Source: Macrostomum lignano
Lineage: Eukaryota
Reading direction: 5' to 3'
DNA length: 64,000 nt
Assembly: GCA_002269645.1 (NCBI GenBank)
Contig: NIVC01001605.1
Coordinates: 1 to 64,000, forward strand
Shown one piece after another: positions 56,301-64,000 of this stretch. The stretch's first letter is position 1, and every line of letters begins with the position of its first letter. Both the position numbers and the translations under genes were made by a program. The notes below the pieces were generated by a model. That model was not told the origin of the DNA and ran no database searches. It worked only from the letters and a program-made list of their open reading frames with translations.

Positions 56301-58700
56301 GGCGTCGGCGTTGGCGTGGTCCTTGCCTTTGCGGTGGTTAAGCTGGAAGCGGAACTCGCTAAGGCGTTCGATCCAGCGGCCTAAAATACCTGTGGCCTGA
56401 GTTTGGTTCAGTAACCACAGTAAGGCCCGATGATCGGATCGAACTTCAAACTTCTTGCCGATTAAGTAATGACGGAAATGTCGCATAGCGTCCAAAATTG
56501 CAAGCAGCTCTTTCTTCGTGACCGTGTAGCGCTTCTCAGGATCGCGAAGTTTACGGCTAAAGAACGCAATTGGACGTTCGACGCCGTCGGATTGCAGTTG
56601 TCCAAGGCAAGCGCCTATTCGAATATCAGAGGCATCCGTGTCGAGGACAAACTTCACTGCAGGATCAGAATTAAACTCAGGCAGAGCGAGAACTTCAGTA
56701 GAACACAGTTTCTTCTTCAGAGTGTCGAACGCGTGCTGATGCTCAGGAGTCCAGTGCTGCCGCAGGCTGCCAATGTCCTTTCGCGTCAGGGCATGCAGCG
56801 GCGCAGCCACTCCAGCGTAGCCGTCGACAAACTTGTGGTAGTAATTGGCGAGGCCTAGGAATTGTCTCAGTTGAGTAACGGACTGTGGCACGGGCCAATC
56901 ACGGATCTGCGCAATCTTGTCCTCACAGGTCTTCAGGCCGTCGGGAGTCACGACGTGACCTAAATAATGCAGCTCCTTGAGGAACAAATGACACTTCTTC
57001 GGTTTCACTTTGAGGTTGGCTGCGATGATGCGCTGGAGTACAGTTCGCAAGTTATCCAGCTGTTCCTCGAAAGTCACTGAGTGCACCACGATGTCGTCCA
57101 TGTAGCCAAGCGCAGTCTTTGGCGTCAGGCCGTCCAGGAGCTTATTGATGCAACGCTGAAAGCTGCCGGGACTATCGTGGAGACCCATCGGTAGAACGTT
57201 AAAACAGAATTGGCCGCGGTCGATTACTGAGAACGCCGTCAGTGCTGGTCGCAGTCCGCAGCGGGATCTGCCAGAATCCTTGAGCAAGGTCCAGCTGGAA
57301 TACCACTGAGCACCACGAAGCTTCGCGAAGGTTTCCTGGATGTGCGGCAGCGGATACGGGTGATACACACACCTATCGTTGAGAGCTCTGAAGTCGTGGA
57401 CTAGTCGGATGTTGCCGTCCTTCTTGGGCACGATGAGCATTGGCGAATTGTAGCTCGAGTAGGCAGGGCGAATGATGTGCTTCGCCAGCATCTCGTCTAG
57501 CAGGGCGTCGAGCTTGTCCTTCAGATGAGGCGGGATTCGGCGCGGTGGTAGCGCAACTGGTGTCCGGTCCTTCAAGATGATCTCGTGGGTCACCAGGTGA
57601 GTCAGGCCGGCGTCTAGCGAGTGCTTGGAGAAGGCCGTTTGACATTCGACTAGTAGATCTCGCACTCTTTGATGTTGTTCTTTGGACAATTCGCTGTTGA
57701 TCTCGACTTCATCTAGCCATGCTGTGCTGGACTCTTCAGAGTTCTTCGGGAGATGTCGCACTTCAGGTTCTGGCGTCTCGCTCAAGTACATCAGGTCGGC
57801 AGTTCGGAGTGGCGTCGCGACACCAACACGGATACCGGCTTGCAGAAACACTTCGCTGTCAGCGGTGTTGACGACCTCAATGTAGCCGCGACCTTCAGGC
57901 ATCGTCATCAGAGCAGGCGCTGCTTCCAGAGCGTTGCAGCTGGGATGCAGCCTCGACTTAACCAGCTCGACAATTGATGGCGATCCTCGATTCTCAGGGT
58001 GGCCGTCATCCAGTCTGACGGCAAGCAACGCTGAACTTCTAGGCGGCAGGGTGCACTTCTCGGAGGTGTACACTCGGCAGTTCTGAAGCTCACGACGCGA
58101 ATAGCGAACGGGGATGCACGCGCCGTTGTTAAACTTCAACATTCCTTGAGCGAAGTCCAAGTTCTGGCAGTGCTCTCGCATAAACGATACGCCAAGCAAG
58201 TTTTCACAATCGGAGACCGTGACGAGGAATTCGGTGTCCGCGACGACATCACCGAACTCCACCGGAATGGTCACCTTACAAGCAAGTGGGAGCTGCGTCC
58301 CATCATACATAGTTACGCAATCGGGAATAGCATGCGATATAATACAACGAGGCATCCGACGTCTAATAGCGGCCCAGGTTGACGAACCAAGAAAGTTTTT
58401 CCGGCTGCCGCTGTCAAGCAAGAAAGGGACCTCTCGACTCGCAACTCGACCTGTGACGTACGGATCGGCCTCACGCGCATGGATTTTTTGATTCGGGGAG
58501 GTGTCCACGAAACCTCCGCACTCCGCGTCACTTACTGACGAGTGACTGTCGGACTGGGCATTGGCGCCTGCACAGCCGACATTCTCTTCTTCTGGTGACC
58601 TCTCGGATTCTGCCAAGTAGCCTGGGCTTGGACCTCGCGGAGGGCGGTGCCGTTGTCGCTCTCCGCCTGGCCGTTTCCCTGGTTCTGGCGCATCGGGCAC
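53383..58700 (-). CDS. pol: Gypsy Pol (protease, RT, RNase H, long linker, integrase); annotated ORF 58700-53850, probably continuing to 53383 across a 1-nt deletion
   Basis: FLLDSGS; YMDDIVV; LDTDASD, KELLAI, DHRAL; H..PLCGHLG..C..C, HCDVVGP, HTDQGTNF, NGQVENLN. A shifted frame near 53850 continues RDLTPIPEDDQDD..GRPARNRRQPERL. Confidence 0.9.
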
Positions 58701-59856
58701 TGGGCGTTGCGATGACCGGGCTGTCCGCAGCTATAGCAGATTATAGCTCTCTTTGGCGGGCTGGCTACCTGCTGTTGGTCACGCTGCACCAGGTGATCCA
58801 GCATTCGCTGCTGCTTCTCATCAAGTCGGTTAGAGTCAGTAAGGCTTGGGCGGTGACGTCGGGTTTCGGGTCGCCGTCCTCCTCCCCGTCCAACATCCTA
58901 ACCGGGGGTTGAGCAGATCGGTGCGCCAATTCTTTGGCGCCTTCTAGTCGTCGTAGCTCTCGAATCGCAGCAAGAAGATTGTTCGGGCGAACCCAGTACA
59001 GCCGTTCGCGCAGATCTGGAGTCGTCCGGATACCAGCAAGAAATTGATCAGTAATCTCCTTCTCGCGGTCTTCAGGATGCATTCGAGGATATGCACGTTC
59101 ACCCAGAGTTCTCAGGGCGTCAGCGAACTCTTCTGCTGACTCATTCTTGCCTTGTTGACGACGCCTAAACAGCTCTCTATACTCATCAGCACCACCATGA
59201 CGGGCAAATCGCTCAATCAGACGCTGCTTGACCTCCTCGTAGCTGGCGAAACGCGGGAGTTTCATACTAAGCAAAGAAGGATATGCAGTAGCCAAATCAA
59301 GACTCGCAATGAGGTGTTGCTTCATCTCGAACGGGTCGACGATGCGCTCCATCTCGCAACGCTGCTCGAACGCGGCAAGCCAGACATGAATGTCCTGACT
59401 TGGAGTATACTTCACAATCTTAACTTGTTTACTCACAGGCCGCTCCATCTGCTGCTGCAGAGCTGCCATCATGGTCCTCTCGTCCTGGTGCGTGATGTTC
59501 CGGCCGATGTTGTCCAGGCCTTGCAGAAGCTCGTCTGGCGGGTCGTCGGACACGTCGCTTCTGGCACCTCGCCTCGGCGTCGGCTGCTGACCAAAGTCGT
59601 TGATCGCTGCTGCTGCTGCGGCGTCCGCTGCCGCAGGCCTCGAACTGCTGATGTGCTGATCCAGCCGGCTGCTGCACCGGCTCTCGTCTCGTTCGTTGAA
59701 CATGTTGAACTCGTAGTAGTTACTGGCCGATGTCGTTCTCGAAAGAGCGGTTGGCTTGGGTGTGTCGTAGTCGGATCTCACCGCTGCGTCACCAGTGAAA
59801 TAGATAGCGTTTTTCTCGGGGTGGCCTGGTAGGTCTTTGAATCCCACCGCTGCCAC
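58532..59856 (-). CDS. gag: Gypsy Gag (capsid + CCHC knuckle), split by a 1-nt deletion near 58812; the true ATG is probably internal (~59703)
   Basis: WLAAFEQRCE and EEFADALRTLGERAYP in ORF 59856-58765; CYSCGQPGHRNAQC in the adjacent frame 58804-58532. Confidence 0.85.
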
Positions 59857-60897
59857 CAGTGAAGTACAATGGGTTTTCTTCCCGGTTTAGGCCCTTGCGG
59901 ATTACCTTAATCTTGAGCCTCTTCAGTGGGAAGTTCTCTCAACTCTCTCAGTAGCGTAGGTAGTGCTGCCACCAGTTCCTTCAGGTCTCGGCCTTCGATA
60001 AGGTGAGCTTCCCGTCGGAACGAAATAAACAAGTCAACGAACTCAGCACAGTGTGCAGATTTGCAGATTAATGAACAAGGCGTCCTGATCAGCAGATCCC
60101 CGCCGGGCTCAGGGGTGGCTGGGAAGGCAGTGTTAGCCTCCCTTAGGCTTGGGCTTTAGTGGGGTCTCAGTCAGACCAGTACAAACGGATTCAGTACGCA
60201 AAGGGCACTTAGTTAGACACTGACGCACACGGGTTCTTAGTGAATTCTCCGCAGATAAGAAGCCAAAAATCCTTGACGGAAACAAGGGGAGAGGGGTCCT
60301 ATTTATAGCCGGGAAACACCCACGCACAAGACCTCGTGACTTGTTCTATTTTTAGAACTGACGTCACTTGAGATCTCGAGGCAGGGTCTCAGTGCGCGCA
60401 AGACCTCGTGACTCGTTCTATTTTTAGAACTGACGTCACTTGAGGTCTCCGGCCAGAGTACACGCGGCTGTGACTCAGTTGCTATTTTTAGCAACATGAG
60501 TCACTCCTCTCCTTAGAGAAGGGAGGGTTCCGAAAGCACGTGATTCTCCCGGTAAACAGGGCCAACGAGTGCAGTAAACATGTTTACTGCACTTTAGGAC
60601 TCGAAGAACGCAGAGTCTGTCATGTGACTTGCTCACATGACAGAGGAAAACGGGACGGGAACGAAACAGAGACAGCCCACAGCAGAGAAGCTGAGGGCTG
60701 AGAACAGAGACGCAGAAGGGCAGAACAGGCCAAGGGCAGCAACAGACGGGCCAAGGGGGGTGGGAAGCTGACCAGCGGCAGACAGCAACCCAGGGCGAGG
60801 GCGAGGGAGACTGCTGACAAAGTGGGACGCCTAACATCAACTAGCGGATCACTACACAGCCTTTAAGTTGCCCATAAGCAATACGCTCATAATTACA

Positions 60898-61405
60898 CAG
60901 GGGCGTCGCAATGGATTTTATGGTGGGGGACAAAGCCAAGAATTGTACATGTACATGTAAAATGACTTAATTCCTAAATGTACAATATTTTTCAAAATCG
61001 GTGTTGTCAGCCATCATTCAAGCGCCGCAGGCACCATTTTAGCGCAGCAGGCACTCATTTTGGCGCCGCAGGCACTCATTTTAGCGCCACAGGCACTCAT
61101 TTTAGCACCACATGCACTCATTTTATCGCCACAAGCACCATTTTAGCACCGCAGGCACTCATTTTGGCGCCGCAGTCACTTATTTTAGCGCCACAAGCAC
61201 CATTTTAAGCACACAAGCATCATTTTAGCGCCGCAGGCACCATTTTGGTCCACAGGCGCTATCTTTTGTCGCTCTGAAGCAAATTTTTTATTTCCATAAC
61301 AGATCAAGGTAGGGTGGGGGGACAAAGCATTGGCATGTCCTCCATAACTTTTACTGGGGGGGGGAGACACATATGTCCGTCTGTCCCCCGTTGGCGACGC
61401 CCCTG
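60898..61405. mobile_element. MITE/non-autonomous TIR element with 12-bp TIRs CAGGGGCGTCGC, 7-bp TSD AATTACA and an internal ~21-nt repeat
   Basis: CAGGGGCGTCGC at 60898 and GCGACGCCCCTG ending at 61405; AATTACA at 60891-97 and 61406-12; CATTTTAGCGCCGCAGGCACT repeats at 61030-61250. Confidence 0.82.
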
Positions 61406-61431
61406 AATTACATGGAATATAGTTTCTTCAG

Positions 61432-64000
61432 CAGCTGCTCGGGCACGTTGTACGCGCGGATCACCTTTGGGAGCACAGACCTGACGAGCGACCGAGTCGA
61501 ATGCCTTCTTGAAATCTATGAAGATAACAAAAAGGATCGACTGGCGTATCCATGCTTCCTCGATGACTCGCCGAAGAGCCAGCTAGCTAGGATCTGCGTC
61601 ACTGTGCCGCGATGGGGCCGAAGCCGTTCTGTTTATGGCGCAGGTACGGATCCAGCACGGGCTGCAACCGCGATAGCAGCATCTGGTTGAACAACTTCGC
61701 AGCGCAGGACTGAATGCAGATACCTCGATGCTCCTCAAGCCTCGTGGTGCCCGGCTTCTTAGGACTTCAAAGATGTGCGCCGTGGTCCATTCGTTGGTTG
61801 CCTCCTCACCGAATAGCACGCGATGCATCACTCTGGCAACCTCACTGGCCACTGGCGCAGCGCCTCGATGGGCACATCATCCGGACTGTTGCCTGTTGGG
61901 CGAGCCTCACAACGTCGGCTGTGCTGACTTGTGCTAGACCTAGCTGAAGCTCTCCTCTGCCGGCAACGGCATCTCCGGCGGCAGCGTCAGACTGCCTGGC
62001 AGCGGGGGTGGCGGCGCGTTGACAATGGCTGCGAGGAAGTCGCGCAGCTCGTTCCTGCGCTCGCCTGCAGAGTCGCCCGCCAGGTTTAGCGATATGCGCC
62101 GCTTTCGCCCCATCAGAGCATTGATAGCCGAACAGGCCACGCGACCTATGGAATCGGGCCCGAATGGCGTCATCAACAGCAGCCTGCTGGCACTGCAGAT
62201 AGACAGCCGTTTAGGCCTTCGTGTTGGTCGCCTGCTCAAACGGAGTCTCTCCGGCTCTTCCCTCGCTAGCCGAATCGCGGGGTCGTCTTGCCATACCGAC
62301 TGCTCCCTCCGGGCCGTTCGCATCAGCGGGACTGCTTGTTCCGCGGCGGCTGGAACTGCAGCGCTCGGCACCTCCACGCTTGCCGCCGAGCGCAGTGATG
62401 AAAGCGCTAGCAAAGCGGCTGTGCGTGTTGGCGTCCCTGAGCGCGCGGTAGTAGCGCCGCGGTGGCCGCTTCGGCGGACGGTAGAGCGGATCTCGAAGAC
62501 GAAGGTCGCAGACGAGGAGTCGATGATCAGACCACAGAGCCAGCGGCGTGATGGCGCGGCATTTGACGAAGCGCACCAGCACATGATCGAGCTGTGCCTG
62601 CCTCCGTGTTGTGTTCCCGCCACGCGCGATCCAACGCCTGCGCCTGTAGCCCACAAAAGTTGCGAGCCTGCCCAGCGGCTTGCGGAAGCGGGTGTTGGCC
62701 GACACCATGTCCTGCCGCTCTAGGAAGTCCTCCAGCGCTCCGGTGTTGCCGTTCTCACGCGGTGTGACGAACAGTGACCGTTCGGACCTACGCAAAACCG
62801 CATTCAGGTCTCCGAGGATTAACACTGTGTCACGCTGCGCCTTTGCCTCCACCTGTAACGAGAGCTGCTCAAAGATTTCTAGAGCCTCGTCAGGTCGGGT
62901 GGCAGGAGGCGCGTGCGCAGAACAGGCGAGCGTTTCGGCCGCGAAGCCGAACGTCGACCCGGAGCAGCCGAGGGGACAGAGAGACGCAGCGACATCTCAG
63001 CCGCAGCCTCGGTCCGACCAGCGCTCCAACTCCTTCACGGCCTCGTCGTCCGCCGATGTGTAGTACATGTAGAGGGTCCATCCGGCGCCCAGATCCTCAC
63101 AGTGTAGCCCCGGATCAGCCTTAATAGACACCTCCTGCAGTGCGATGACGTCACAGCTTTGGTCGAGCGCTAGCTTTGCCAGAGCCCCTCTCTGCCAGAC
63201 GGCCTTGAGCGTGCGACAGTTCCGCAATCACGGCGATGTACCGTGATACGAAAGCTGCTGTTTCAACACCGGACGGCATCGGACTTATTTGAGACATCCT
63301 ACCGGGGTGCTTCAGGGAGATGCTCGCGCCGTTCCTGTTCGTTCTGGTGCTTGACTGGGTGCTGCGGACCGCGATCTTCCTACTAACGACGACGGCGTTC
63401 TGTTGCGGCGACGCGTGGGTCGATGTCAACCGGAGAGGCGGCTCAGCGTGCTTGGCTACGCCGACGACATCGCCCTGCTGTCCTCAACTGTCGAGGGTGC
63501 CCAGCGACAAGTGGACAAGCTAGTTGCTGTTGCGGCGAGTGTCGGCCTGGTGGTCATCGGCCTGATGGACGACATCGAGACTGCGATTTTGTGCCGAGGC
63601 GCTGATGGATAGGCGACAAACTTCCGCGTGTCAGCAGTTCGTCTACCTCGGCGGTCTGGTTCCCGGCGTCTGCGAGGATTTGCGGCGTCGCCGCGGGCTT
63701 GCCTGGGCTGCCTTTTGTTCTGTGAGGCCTGACGTGCAGTCCGAGGTCTTACCTGACCGCCTGAGGGCGGCGTTGTTTCAGGCGGTAATCGAGACCGTCC
63801 TGCTGTACAACGCCGAGACCTGGACGCTGATGAAGTCGCTCGAGCAACAAGTTGACGCAGCGCACGCTGGCCTGCTGCGCGCTGCCTTCAAGATTGGCTA
63901 CGAGTGAGTGGCCAACGCGGCTTTGTATCGCCACGCCGGCCGGGTCCGTCCACAGCGAGCTGTTGCGCCGTCGGCGGCTACAGCTGGAAGGCCACATCAT
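61432..64000. mobile_element. RTE/RTEX-like LINE with inverted 5' part: minus-strand APE endonuclease to RT N-term (63221-61432), plus-strand RT C-term (63220-64000, runs off the window)
   Basis: Minus strand: NCRTL, IALQEV, ILGDLNA, QLDHVLV, SDHRLL, FIDFKKAF. Plus strand: YADDIALL, LLYNAETWTL. Collinear with the copy at 30265-31612. Confidence 0.88.

Larger units (their letters stand above)
51791..60856 (-). mobile_element. Full-length Ty3/Gypsy LTR retrotransposon, 1061-bp LTRs (51791-52851, 59796-60856), CAGC TSD
   Basis: TG..CA termini; the ORF translations across both LTRs are identical at an 8005-nt offset. CAGC at 51787-90 and 60857-60; PPT GAACGGGGAGAG next to the 3' LTR; PBS TGGTGACGCAGCGG next to the 5' LTR; PR-RT-RH-IN order. 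Confidence 0.97.

Overview
Eukaryotic (animal) genomic DNA with GC-rich exons, minisatellite-filled introns and many transposon relics. The overall style is consistent with a free-living flatworm such as Macrostomum (inference, not proven). Host genes reconstructed by hand: phosphomevalonate kinase (+, 2 exons seen, no ATG); a 7-exon NECAB (EF-hand + ABM) gene (-); a 7-exon AMPK alpha catalytic subunit (+), head-to-head with NECAB; three tandem paralogs of a secreted protein (signal peptide + PAN/apple-like Cys domain + variable Thr/Pro mucin stalk + ALK/LTK-type glycine-rich domain), each with a TATA box and a conserved RFX X-box-like motif; and an intronless divergent PP1-like phosphatase. 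Mobile DNA: an internally deleted mariner with long TIRs, RTE-like LINEs (one with a twin-priming-type 5' inversion), RNase H-bearing LINE fragments, tRNA/CORE-type SINEs, a P-element transposase relic, a Penelope fragment with a hammerhead-like motif, a recent full-length Ty3/Gypsy element (1061-bp LTRs, 4-bp TSD, duplicated primer-binding sites) and a MITE. Several 1-nt indels in short homopolymers suggest residual sequencing/assembly errors, so frameshift-based pseudogene calls are uncertain.
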